Part shown: positions 1-9,381 of the stretch, piece after piece | Position numbering within the stretch: position 1 is the first letter of the stretch | How the letters are laid out: each line of letters begins with the position of its first letter | IMG/VR virus record: IMGVR_UViG_3300030372_003297 | Location: 1 to 34,783 of that record | Source: a virus | Taxonomy: Duplodnaviria > Caudoviricetes | Direction: 5' to 3' (one strand) | DNA length: 34,783 nt | Program-made: the position numbers and the translations under genes | Notes under the pieces: model-generated | What the model was told of the DNA's origin: nothing | What the model saw: the letters and a program-made list of their open reading frames with translations, nothing else | Database searches by the model: none

Positions 1-1414
1 TTCTGATAACAAAATGAACTTCAGTGTAGATGGTTCAACTCGCTCTGTAATTACCTCAACGGGGCTTGGCATCGGCACTACGGCTCCGTCTGTTGAGCTT
101 GACGTTTCAGGAACAATAAATTCTACGACAGCTTACAACATCGCCAGCAATGAAATTATAGATTACGAGAGTCTGGGTGGAGGCGAGTTCAAGTTAAGAC
201 TAGGCCAGAACACTGGTACGACTTTAAATTACACTGGATTATTTGCTAGAGGAACAGAGGTTGTAACTCTTGACGGAGCTAATTCGCGGGTCGGCATCGG
301 CACTACGGCTCCGACAAATGCAAAACTGGTAATCAACAACTCCAGTACATCTTCTCCGGTGACGAGTTTAGAGTTGATGGGAGGGAGTATAGCTGACGGG
401 GGTGGTACGGGCATATTCTTAAAAGCCTCAAGCTCAAGTACTGCTGACAGGTTTGGAGCAAGGATAAACTCTTTAAGAGAGGCTGGAGGAAATGGAGCAG
501 CATCTTTAGTTTTTAGCACTGACACAAGTTCTGCTTTGTCCGAAAGATTGAGGATTGATTCCAATGGAGCCTTTGGAATTGGTGGAGCTAACTACGGAAC
601 TTCAGGTCAAGTCCTCACCAGTAACGGTAGCGGTTCTGCACCAAGCTGGCAGGATGCTTCTGGTGGCGGTGGAGGAGGAGACGTAAGTAAGGTCGGCACT
701 CCTGCAAGCGGTCAAGTGGGATATTGGACAGGTGATGGAACTTTAGCTGGAGAGAATGATTTATTCTGGGATGCAACTAATAATCGTTTGGGCATCGGAA
801 CTGCGGTTCCGTCCGGTACATTGCATTTAAGAGACACAACAACTAAAATTTACATACAATCTAATGACGGCAATGACGCAAGTGTTGTGTTTGGGGATGC
901 GTCGGATGCGAGCAGGGGGCAGATAAAATACACATCTTCAGATGAGATGATATTTCTTGTTAATAATTTATCTGAAAAACTACGTATTAACAGTAATGGT
1001 GCTTGGAGTTTTGATGGAGGTTCTTCTTTTGGTCTTAGTGGAATGGATTATCTATTCTCTGACGGCAACGGCTCTACGCCCTATTGGGATGATGGATTTG
1101 GTGAATCTGATTCTCGTTTAAAAGAAAACGTAAAAGAGTTTAAGGCTTTAGATTCAATCAACAAACTTCGCCCAGTTGAGTTTGACTGGAATGATAAGGC
1201 GAAAAAAGAGGGGCATGACTTTGGATTAATTGCTCAAGAAGTTGAGCCTGTTCTGCCAAACATTATTAGGGAGTGCAAACGTACGGGTTACAAGAAACTG
1301 GATTATGAAGGAATGGTTCCTTTCCTTGTGCAATCCGTTAAAGAATTAACTGAGGAGAATAAAGCTCTCCGTGAAAGATTAGATGCGATTGAACAGAAGG
1401 TTCAGTCACTCTGA
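1..1414 (+). CDS. Tail fibre/spike, C-terminal part, with intramolecular chaperone (peptidase S74-like) domain; 5'-truncated by window
   Basis: Frame is open upstream of ATG 14; repeated GIGTTAP/GIGTAVP modules; C-terminal SDSRLKENV...W...GLIAQEVE...DY...LVQSVKEL and coiled coil. Confidence 0.9.
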   Translation, partial: SDNKMNFSVDGSTRSVITSTGLGIGTTAPSVELDVSGTINSTTAYNIASNEIIDYESLGGGEFKLRLGQNTGTTLNYTGLFARGTEVVTLDGANSRVGIGTTAPTNAKLVINNSSTSSPVTSLELMGGSIADGGGTGIFLKASSSSTADRFGARINSLREAGGNGAASLVFSTDTSSALSERLRIDSNGAFGIGGANYGTSGQVLTSNGSGSAPSWQDASGGGGGGDVSKVGTPASGQVGYWTGDGTLAGENDLFWDATNNRLGIGTAVPSGTLHLRDTTTKIYIQSNDGNDASVVFGDASDASRGQIKYTSSDEMIFLVNNLSEKLRINSNGAWSFDGGSSFGLSGMDYLFSDGNGSTPYWDDGFGESDSRLKENVKEFKALDSINKLRPVEFDWNDKAKKEGHDFGLIAQEVEPVLPNIIRECKRTGYKKLDYEGMVPFLVQSVKELTEENKALRERLDAIEQKVQSL

Positions 1415-1438
1415 AAACAACAATAATAAATAAATACT

Positions 1439-1783
1439 ATGCCAAATACCTATAACTGGACTCGTTTAGAGCCTCTTGTAAAAACTGAGGAAGTAAATGG
1501 TTCCGAGCAAAAAGTAGTAATCACTCTCGTTGCGGGACTCACCGCCCAATCCGATGACGGTTACAGTTCATATATGGACAGTGCAATCAACTGCCCGTTA
1601 GACCCAGACAACTTTATTCCTTTTGATGATCTCCCAGAATCTTGGGCAGTCGATAAAGCTAATTCGGTTGCCGAGGCTGACGGCTGGAAAGATTCGCTGG
1701 ACAAACAAATTGAAGCAGCAAAGGCGCGACCATTGCCAGCCAAGTTCCCTTGGCAACAGGCAAGTGAAGCACCTTCAGAATAA
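1439..1783 (+). CDS. Probable tail fibre assembly/accessory protein
   Basis: Follows the fibre gene; YNW start, FIPFDDL..W and terminal PW resemble small fibre-associated proteins. Confidence 0.55.
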   Translation: MPNTYNWTRLEPLVKTEEVNGSEQKVVITLVAGLTAQSDDGYSSYMDSAINCPLDPDNFIPFDDLPESWAVDKANSVAEADGWKDSLDKQIEAAKARPLPAKFPWQQASEAPSE

Positions 1784-1809
1784 CCTTTAGATAAATCGGG
1801 TGGAGTAAA

Positions 1810-1968
1810 ATGGAAGATTTAGAATGGTTAAAAATATTTGGAGTGAACGGTGGTGTGTTTGCCACTGTATCCCTCTCCGATTTGGAGGTCATTCTAAAAA
1901 TAGTAATGCTTCTCCTTACTTGCGTTTGGACAGGCATTAAAATCATTAAACTCATAAAAGAAGAATGA
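1810..1968 (+). CDS. Small membrane protein (holin/antiholin-like), 52 aa, not in ORF track
   Basis: MEDLEWLKIFGVNGGVFATVSLSDLEVILKIVMLLLTCVWTGIKIIKLIKEE; GGAG RBS; ATGA overlap with next gene. Confidence 0.7.
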   Translation: MEDLEWLKIFGVNGGVFATVSLSDLEVILKIVMLLLTCVWTGIKIIKLIKEE

Positions 1969-2168
1969 AAGAAAAACTAAAGAGTAGAAAGCTATGGATG
2001 GCCATTGGTGGTCTTTTGACTGTAGCTGCAACTGAATGGCTGAACTTGTCACCAGAGCTAACTGAACAGGTGGTTAGTGCCGTAATCATAATCGTACCTG
2101 CGTACATCGGAGGTCAGGGCATAGTAGATGCGATGAAAGAATACGCCTCTAATGGCAAGAAGAAATGA
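1965..2168 (+). CDS. Holin
   Basis: KLKSRKLW N-terminus, two hydrophobic segments, YI.GQG.VD, basic C-terminus. Confidence 0.75.
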   Translation: MKEKLKSRKLWMAIGGLLTVAATEWLNLSPELTEQVVSAVIIIVPAYIGGQGIVDAMKEYASNGKKK

Positions 2169-2407
2169 TAGTTGAAGCTCTCAAAGGCTTGGCCGCGTTA
2201 CCACGGCTGATAGACGCGGTTGAGTCTTTGGGGGATATTGCAAGAGCGCAGATGGCTCAGAAAAGAAAAGATGATAAAGACGAAATGGTTGACGATCTTA
2301 TTGCTAATGCTAGGGAACGTAGGGTGCGTCAGCGTGAAGTTGAACGGATTTCAGGAGATAACGGAGAGAAATGCTGTGGGTTTTGCGAATGCTGTAGAAA
2401 CAGATGA
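2165..2407 (+). CDS. Hypothetical protein, possible i-spanin-like partner
   Basis: ATGA-coupled to holin; overlaps the lipoprotein ORF in another frame. Confidence 0.45.
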   Translation: MIVEALKGLAALPRLIDAVESLGDIARAQMAQKRKDDKDEMVDDLIANARERRVRQREVERISGDNGEKCCGFCECCRNR

Positions 2408-2480
2408 GGGAGCGGAATTTATAAGAGAGCTTGGAAAATACATTAACCAACTGGAACAACAAATAGAGGCAGGACAATGA
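2271..2480 (+). CDS. Lipoprotein, possible o-spanin
   Basis: From ATG 2271: MIKTKWLTILLLMLGNVG-C (basic, hydrophobic, lipobox Cys); coupled to 2477. Confidence 0.65.
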   Translation: MIKTKWLTILLLMLGNVGCVSVKLNGFQEITERNAVGFANAVETDEGAEFIRELGKYINQLEQQIEAGQ

Positions 2481-3211
2481 CTTTAACCGAACTGGCAGAT
2501 CAGGTTACGACTAAATTGAGCGATACCGACTCCGCTTCAGTTGCGACCTGCAAGAAATTTATCAATAACCGCTACCGTATGCTGTGGGATTCGGGCCTGT
2601 GGACTAACTCACTGGGGGTTGTAACCAAATCTGTAGCAGCAGAGGACGAAACTCTTACTTTGTCCGGTGATCCTACTATCTTTTATTACCCCAGTTCCAC
2701 AACTGTTGCAGCAACAGCCCCCAGATTACAGTTTGTGGTGGCAACAAAGTTTACTGAGACAGGAAAAGAAGACGGGATAGAGGTTGTTGGTTCTAACTGG
2801 ATGCAATTCTTCCAGCTAGACCCTAACATTTGGGAGAACACAAGTTCTCGTCGGGCTAATCCTACCAACTTCACTCCATTGCCCCCTGATGCCAGCGGTA
2901 ACTGCCGCATTAAACCCCTTCCCACACCCAAAAACGCAGGGACACTGTATGCGCTGGGCAAATTAAAGTTTACTGAACTGGGTGACTCGGATTCTCCGGT
3001 GATTCTAGGGGCTGACAATGTGTTATTAGCCTATGCAGAGGGCGATATGCTGGAGAGGTCAATGCAGTACCAGAAAGCACAGGCTAAATTTACTGAAGCA
3101 ACGACATTACTACAGATTTGCAGGGACTTAGACAATGTTCAGCCAGCAAAGGTAAACCGGATAATTCCTGAAGTACCGGATCACTGGCAAACACAGGATT
3201 TTGTTAACTAA
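2477..3211 (+). CDS. Head-tail adaptor / tail tubular protein A-like
   Basis: MTLTEL...INN.Y N-terminus, ..PLPTP.. strand, helical C-terminus; precedes nozzle gene. Confidence 0.65.
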   Translation: MTLTELADQVTTKLSDTDSASVATCKKFINNRYRMLWDSGLWTNSLGVVTKSVAAEDETLTLSGDPTIFYYPSSTTVAATAPRLQFVVATKFTETGKEDGIEVVGSNWMQFFQLDPNIWENTSSRRANPTNFTPLPPDASGNCRIKPLPTPKNAGTLYALGKLKFTELGDSDSPVILGADNVLLAYAEGDMLERSMQYQKAQAKFTEATTLLQICRDLDNVQPAKVNRIIPEVPDHWQTQDFVN

Positions 3212-5040
3212 TGCCAGTTATAGCCAACAACTCCTTAGATGACTCGCTGCTCCTAGACGGGAACAACAGTTTTGTTGGTGGTCAGGTTAGTGCTCCCCGC
3301 GCAAATCTTGTTCCGCAGGATGCTTATGCTGAAGGCAAGAACATTGACCTTGATGAGTTTGGAAATGCTGTAACTCGTAGGGGTGCAAGTCTTGCAGCGG
3401 GGTATTTAGTGTGGAATGAGGTTAATGTTAACTGGGAAAGTGAGAATGCGGTATGGGAGGGGTTAGTCGCGCCAATAACTTCATTGGGTTATTTTGACAC
3501 TGGCAGCACTGAGTACATAGTAGTTGCTGATGGGTCTAATTACTTAAAAGCAATCACTGAAAACGGCAGCTTTACTCTTCTTACTGGAGCAACTTATGCG
3601 TCTGGAGCCACCATAAGGTTTGCCCAACTAAATAACCGCTTTTATTACACTGATGAAACCAACAATTTAAGGTACGTTGAAGGCTCAACTGATCCGGTCA
3701 CTGCCCAGACTATTACTGCTGGAAAGATTACCGGAATAAACATTACTGAGGGTGGATCAGGCTATACCAGCCCACCTACTGTTACTATTGATGCCCCTTC
3801 TTCCGGTGTGACTGCTACAGGCACAGCAGTGCTGGGGTATGATGGCAGTGTGGTTAGCGTGACAATGACCAATGAGGGTAGCGGGTACAATAAAGATAAC
3901 CCGCCTTCTGTCACTTTCTCTACTTCAAGTGGAACTGATGCAACTGGGACAGTTAGAATATCTCAAACCCCTAGTCAGCCTAAGTTTATTGCTTCTCACA
4001 CTAATAGACTTTTCTGCACTAGCGCAGACTCTACTGTGCCCTCTGATTTGCTTTATGTTAGCGGGATATTAGATGGTGATGCGTGGGATTTAGCTGGAGA
4101 CAATTTAAGAATAGGAAATGACCGAGACCCTATAACTGCATTAATGCCAGCCCAGAACTTTGACCTAATTGTGTTTAAGGAAAGGAGCATTTATAAGGTT
4201 AACTGTGATCCGACTAAAGAAGTTCATCAATGGGACATTAAATTAATTAATAACCGGACAGGTTGTGTGGCAGACGGAACAGTACAGCAGGTTGGTGCGG
4301 ATATTATGTTCCTGTCGCGTGACGGTGTTCGTTCTTTGCAGTCTATTCAAGCAGGTACAGAGACAGATATTTCTTTGCCTATTAGCCGCAATATAAATGA
4401 TTACATTGGCCGGATTAATCAGGCTCAAGTTAGTAAATGTACCGCAGCATATTGGAGGAACCGTTACATGCTTTCTGTTCCATTGGACTCAGCCACCAAC
4501 CCTGACACGGTGCTTTGTTACAACCTAATGGCGGGAGCTTGGTGTGGATTCTGGACAGGCTGGGAGGCTAGAGATTTTGTTATTACTGCGTTTAGCGGTC
4601 AGTTAAAGCTGAACATAGGAACGCAGAATGGAGAGCTTTACACTTGGGACGACACAACTCCAGAAGCGGATACGACCATAGCTGATTATAAAGACGGCAA
4701 TAACACCTATGAATCTTACATAACAACCAGAGCATACACTTATGGAGAAACGTGGGGTGATAAGATTGGTTACTCTTCTCAGTTTAACTTTGGAAATATC
4801 CACACTGACGCAGTTACCGGAGATATAACTTTATTTAAAGACCTGTCGTCATCCGGTAGTTCGCTGGATTCAAGTTTGTCCTTAACTGGCAGCACCAACC
4901 TGATCCGAAAAGGTTACAACACTTTGTCAAAAGGCAGGTTTGACCAGATGCAATTTAAAGTAAAAGCAGACGGAGGAAGGCTTTCCCTGCACACCATCCA
5001 AACCAGTGCGTTTGGTCAACCTATTGATCCGCAGAAATGA
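3211..5040 (+). CDS. Tail nozzle / tubular protein B (P22 gp10-like)
   Basis: 609 aa, beta-rich; GCVA..TVQQVG.DIMFLS.DGVRSL; inserted GSGYTSPPTVTI domain; synteny. Confidence 0.7.
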   Translation: MPVIANNSLDDSLLLDGNNSFVGGQVSAPRANLVPQDAYAEGKNIDLDEFGNAVTRRGASLAAGYLVWNEVNVNWESENAVWEGLVAPITSLGYFDTGSTEYIVVADGSNYLKAITENGSFTLLTGATYASGATIRFAQLNNRFYYTDETNNLRYVEGSTDPVTAQTITAGKITGINITEGGSGYTSPPTVTIDAPSSGVTATGTAVLGYDGSVVSVTMTNEGSGYNKDNPPSVTFSTSSGTDATGTVRISQTPSQPKFIASHTNRLFCTSADSTVPSDLLYVSGILDGDAWDLAGDNLRIGNDRDPITALMPAQNFDLIVFKERSIYKVNCDPTKEVHQWDIKLINNRTGCVADGTVQQVGADIMFLSRDGVRSLQSIQAGTETDISLPISRNINDYIGRINQAQVSKCTAAYWRNRYMLSVPLDSATNPDTVLCYNLMAGAWCGFWTGWEARDFVITAFSGQLKLNIGTQNGELYTWDDTTPEADTTIADYKDGNNTYESYITTRAYTYGETWGDKIGYSSQFNFGNIHTDAVTGDITLFKDLSSSGSSLDSSLSLTGSTNLIRKGYNTLSKGRFDQMQFKVKADGGRLSLHTIQTSAFGQPIDPQK

Positions 5041-5447
5041 ACTCACTGAACCTAATGACATTGGCAATCGGGCAGCTTTTTCATAAGCACCTAGACCATT
5101 GTAAGGATTGGAAACCTGCCACTTTGTTGAGGTGGGTGGAATGGTTCGTCGTCAAAAAGAGGTACTGGACAGTGGTAAGAGACGGAGAAATTGCCGGAGC
5201 AGTTTTAATACGGTTTGTTGACAGTCCTGAAGATTGCAAGTCAAACTACATAGATACTGGTGGCAGAATTTGTTTTGTAGATGCTGCTGTAGCAAAGGGA
5301 GACGGAGTGCTGAAGGAACTTTATACAAAGATGTTTAATGATATGGGCCATAAAGCTGACTCAATGGTTTGGGTTAGGCCAAAACATAACGACAAAATAA
5401 TTAGTGTTCCAATGGAGCAAGCAAAAAGAAGATTAATAAAGGAATAG
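5037..5447 (+). CDS. Hypothetical protein (GNAT-like fold possible; T7 gp13 position)
   Basis: Size and position between nozzle and ejection proteins. Confidence 0.45.
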   Translation: MNSLNLMTLAIGQLFHKHLDHCKDWKPATLLRWVEWFVVKKRYWTVVRDGEIAGAVLIRFVDSPEDCKSNYIDTGGRICFVDAAVAKGDGVLKELYTKMFNDMGHKADSMVWVRPKHNDKIISVPMEQAKRRLIKE

Positions 5448-5451
5448 AATT

Positions 5452-7635
5452 ATGGGCAAATCATCAGCACCTCCAGCACCAACACCACCCTCTCCTGCCG
5501 ACATAGCTGCGGCTAATACTGAGTCAGCACAGGCTATGATGGAACTGCAACGGGCAATGCAGTTTGGTGACGAGGTAATGAAGCAGGGCTATATGAGGGA
5601 GAGTCTTGGGGTTCCTACAGGAGCAACCCCAGTTTATTCCTCTGAAACCGTAAAAACTACTGGCCCAAAAGAAATTTACCAGCAAGACCGTAAGGATGTT
5701 GACGGAGATGAATTACCTGAAAACGAATATAAACTTTTTACTGTAGACCCAAATGGAAACCTTCAGTTTGTTAAAGGGGTAAATAAGCCATCTTGGGCCA
5801 GTCAATATAAAGGAAAACCTTGGTACACTTTAAGGGATGACGGGCGAAATTTGCCTTCTTCGGGTAATCAAACAGTAAATCAAGATGTAAAGACTTTAAC
5901 TGGCTATAAAAATGCAGACGGCACAATTACTGAAGCATATCAATATTTTAAATTAGATGAAGACGGCTCAAGAGTAGCGGTAGATAGAGATGAAGCAATT
6001 CAAGCAGACTTTGCAGGAATGTCTGACATTGATTTGGCAAGAAAACAATTTGAGTTTGAGCAGGAAACTTCCCCTGAAAAAACTCGGTTTTTACTAGACC
6101 AACTTGAACAGTTCGGGCCGGAGGCAGCTAGGATTGGGCGTGATGTTCTGCAAAGAACAGACCCAACCGGATTTGCTGCGCGTGAACTGCTTGGAGAACT
6201 GGCACAGGCATACGAGCCGTCACCAGTGCCAGATGCTCCAACAATGCAGGAGGCAGGAGATGCACCTACGGCTGAGAGAATAGATGCACCCCCAACCCTT
6301 TCAGAAGTTGCTTATACTCCAGAGTACCAGAGGGCAGGTGAGTTAGGTGATCTTGGTAGAGTGCAAGCAGCACCACAGTTTGCCGAGCTTGACACTACTG
6401 GCCCAACTCTCGGACGGGCTGGGGAAATGGATGCTCTGGAAAGAACGCAAGCAGCACCTAGTCTTGAAAGGTTACAGGATATTCCTGAATTAACCGCTGA
6501 CCCAACTTCAATGGCCGGAAGAAGGTTTGCTGAACAACAGTACATTGATCGGGCACAAGATGGTCGCACTTCTCAGTTAATGGCAGAGGAGGCAAGAAGA
6601 GTTGCTAGAGGCAGAGCAGCAGCAACCGGAAACATTTTTGGAGGCGGGGCAGCTATAGAAGAGGCTCGCACAGTAAGGCAAGCTGAAGATGCAGGACAAC
6701 GTCAGGCTTTATCTGACTTAATTGGATTCCTGCAATCAGGGCAAAGTGCTGGAGACTATGAGTCTCGCCTTGCCCAACAGAATCTAGCCAACCGCCTAAC
6801 GGGCATCCAGCAGAGAACAGGAGCGGAACAAGCAGAGTTTGGAATGGGTCAGCAGGTTACAGAACAGCGCAATGTTGCTGCAATGCAGGAACGTGCTGAC
6901 CAACTGGCCGCGCTTGGGCAGCGTAATCAGGCCGAACAACAGGAGTTCCAAAACCTACAAGCCGCACTTGACCAGCAGAACCAAGTGAGAGCGCAACAAT
7001 TCGGGGCAGACATACAAGCCACCGAGTTTAACACGCAACAAAGAATGCGTGAGCGAGCAGATGAGTTGGCAGCTATGGCTCAACGTAATCAGGCTGAAGA
7101 GTCTGAGTACCAGAACCTGCTTCAGGGCTTGCAGCAACAACAGAACGCCAGAACCGCAGGGTTCGGTATGCAACAACAAGCAGTTGCTCAAAGGAATCAA
7201 GCTGCCGAGTCTGACTTTGCTAAACAGCAATCGGCACTGGCTCAACGTAATCAAGCCAGACAACAATCCTTTGCTAATGCAATGCAGAGAACTGCTACGC
7301 AGCAACAGATGCAACAACAACAGATGGCTAACTTGCAGAGCTTTAGCGGGTTAGCCCCTGTCAGCCAGCAGTTTGGTGGAATGGCTGGAGCGGGACAGGG
7401 TATGGCAACTACCTTCAACCCAATCCAATATCAACCTACCAGCGCACAATCCTTATTGCAGGGACAACAGCAGTTGCAGAGCAACCTGTTTGGCACTCAA
7501 TCACAGAACTGGCAGACGCAAGCAAACATTGCTGCTCAACCGAGTGGATTTGGTCAGATACTAGGAACAGTGGCAGGATCGTTTGCTGGAGGTGTGGGAC
7601 AGAAAGCCGGAGCAAAATGGTTCCCAGGAGGCTAA
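5452..7635 (+). CDS. Putative internal virion/ejection protein, Gln/Ala-rich repeats
   Basis: MGKSSAPPAP start, QRNQA repeats, Gly-rich hydrophobic C-terminus. Confidence 0.65.
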   Translation: MGKSSAPPAPTPPSPADIAAANTESAQAMMELQRAMQFGDEVMKQGYMRESLGVPTGATPVYSSETVKTTGPKEIYQQDRKDVDGDELPENEYKLFTVDPNGNLQFVKGVNKPSWASQYKGKPWYTLRDDGRNLPSSGNQTVNQDVKTLTGYKNADGTITEAYQYFKLDEDGSRVAVDRDEAIQADFAGMSDIDLARKQFEFEQETSPEKTRFLLDQLEQFGPEAARIGRDVLQRTDPTGFAARELLGELAQAYEPSPVPDAPTMQEAGDAPTAERIDAPPTLSEVAYTPEYQRAGELGDLGRVQAAPQFAELDTTGPTLGRAGEMDALERTQAAPSLERLQDIPELTADPTSMAGRRFAEQQYIDRAQDGRTSQLMAEEARRVARGRAAATGNIFGGGAAIEEARTVRQAEDAGQRQALSDLIGFLQSGQSAGDYESRLAQQNLANRLTGIQQRTGAEQAEFGMGQQVTEQRNVAAMQERADQLAALGQRNQAEQQEFQNLQAALDQQNQVRAQQFGADIQATEFNTQQRMRERADELAAMAQRNQAEESEYQNLLQGLQQQQNARTAGFGMQQQAVAQRNQAAESDFAKQQSALAQRNQARQQSFANAMQRTATQQQMQQQQMANLQSFSGLAPVSQQFGGMAGAGQGMATTFNPIQYQPTSAQSLLQGQQQLQSNLFGTQSQNWQTQANIAAQPSGFGQILGTVAGSFAGGVGQKAGAKWFPGG

Positions 7636-7676
7636 TGTAATATTAAACGCGTGATTAAAATACAGGAGAATAGATT

Positions 7677-9380
7677 ATGGCAAACTTTTGGGCAGGAGTA
7701 GGACAAGGCTTTTCACAAGGCTTTGAAAAGTCTTGGGACGCTGCGGCAAGACGCAGTGAGCGCAGGGAAGACAGGGAGCAAGCGTTGAAAGACAGGCAAG
7801 ACGCTTGGGATAGAGAGGATAAATTAAGACAAAAGGTGGCAGACTTGCGTGATAGAGAGATAAGGGCAGCGTTAATGGCCCGAAACCCTGAAGTCGTTAC
7901 TAAAGCTGCCATGAATGTGGGAGGGTTTCCCATGAAAAGCGATGATCCTAATGCGGGTGAACTTGGATACCGCTCCCTAGACCCTACAGTGGCAAAGGGA
8001 GTGGAACTTTACGCGGCAGGGGAAGCAGCAAAAACCATAGCAGCAGAAAGAGCGGCAGAAAAAGCTGCGGAAAGAAGTCTTCAAAACGCTCTGACTTTGC
8101 AAAAGGAGAAACATAAACAAGATATAACAAAACAACAAACCCCTACCGCAGCACAGACTAGCGAGATTGAGGGTGTTCGTCAGTTAGCTAAATTTAAATA
8201 TGACAAGGCTGACGAACTCACAAGGAAGAGATTTTTTGAGGGTGTAGATATACCCACCGCTGACCCAGCGGTTTTAAAACACATAACCGAGAGACTTGAT
8301 TTTTTTACAAAGAATTCGGAAAAATATAATGAGAGTTATTACACTGCAAAACAGGTTGGCAAGGATATAGATAAATTTAGGAAGCAAATAGCAGAAATTA
8401 ATAACTTACAAAGCCAAGGTAAAGAGGTTCCAAAAGACCTGTTAGATAACAACATACAGTTAGGCGATACGCTTACATACCTTCATTCAACCAGATCGGT
8501 TCTTCCTGCGGGAGTCGCTGAATTAATAGGTAACGCTCCGAAAAGACCTAACAGCACTGTGTTAAGAGATGTAACCCGATCACATGAAATAGCATTACTT
8601 GCAGAAGAATTAGCAGGAGATGTGAATTTCTTAAAGGACAGGATTGGTGAAGAAAAAATGCAAAAGACAATAGGTATAATTGATAACCCGTATGAAAGCA
8701 TAAAAAACCAACTATTTAAAATGGGGGTCACTTTAAGCGAAAAAGAAGATGAAGCTATGCGGAGGCTTAAACAAAAAGCCCAAGCATTACAGAATAGAAC
8801 ATTAAGACTACGGTCTGGTTTAGCTGTTACTGAAAGTGAAATGCAAAGGTTTATTAAGGAGTTTGGATCACCTGACCGTGCTGATTACTTTAGGTCTTTA
8901 GATGCCTTTGCTGCTAATGTACGCGGTGAATCAAGAAAAGCCTTACAGGCACAAATGGATGCTGGGTACATATTTAACAAGTCTTTAAGAGACAAAATCG
9001 GTTTTGATTCCGCGCCTCAAAGGAAAGAAAGTTCTGCTGGTGAGAAACCCGCATCTGGTCAGCAGTCAAATCTTACTCCAAGACAGGCCGAGCTTTTTGA
9101 AAAGCTAAATAACACTCCAGAAGCAGACAGAAGATTGTGGAATACAAAGCAACGGGATTTGTTTAAAGAGCTTCAACGTAAAATTAAGGGCACAACTGAA
9201 GTAAAGCCAGCGAATCAAAAGCCTTTGTCTCCTGGGTTTTTACCGGAACCTCAAGAGTTAAGTGATGAATACAAGAGAGACTTAGATTATCTGGAGCAAA
9301 AAGCTAAATCTGGAAAACCTTTAAGCACCATGGAAGAGACTTATCTAAGGCAACTACGCCACATGGCAGGAGAAAAATAA
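7677..9380 (+). CDS. Putative internal virion/ejection protein
   Basis: F..G..QGF..GF amphipathic N-terminus; RSGLAVTESE..RF motif; AGGAG RBS. Confidence 0.6.
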   Translation: MANFWAGVGQGFSQGFEKSWDAAARRSERREDREQALKDRQDAWDREDKLRQKVADLRDREIRAALMARNPEVVTKAAMNVGGFPMKSDDPNAGELGYRSLDPTVAKGVELYAAGEAAKTIAAERAAEKAAERSLQNALTLQKEKHKQDITKQQTPTAAQTSEIEGVRQLAKFKYDKADELTRKRFFEGVDIPTADPAVLKHITERLDFFTKNSEKYNESYYTAKQVGKDIDKFRKQIAEINNLQSQGKEVPKDLLDNNIQLGDTLTYLHSTRSVLPAGVAELIGNAPKRPNSTVLRDVTRSHEIALLAEELAGDVNFLKDRIGEEKMQKTIGIIDNPYESIKNQLFKMGVTLSEKEDEAMRRLKQKAQALQNRTLRLRSGLAVTESEMQRFIKEFGSPDRADYFRSLDAFAANVRGESRKALQAQMDAGYIFNKSLRDKIGFDSAPQRKESSAGEKPASGQQSNLTPRQAELFEKLNNTPEADRRLWNTKQRDLFKELQRKIKGTTEVKPANQKPLSPGFLPEPQELSDEYKRDLDYLEQKAKSGKPLSTMEETYLRQLRHMAGEK

Positions 9381-9381
9381 G

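Noticed and set aside
1-1414. Diversity-generating retroelement or invertase acting on the fibre
   Set aside because: No reverse transcriptase, TR/VR pair or invertase seen in the window
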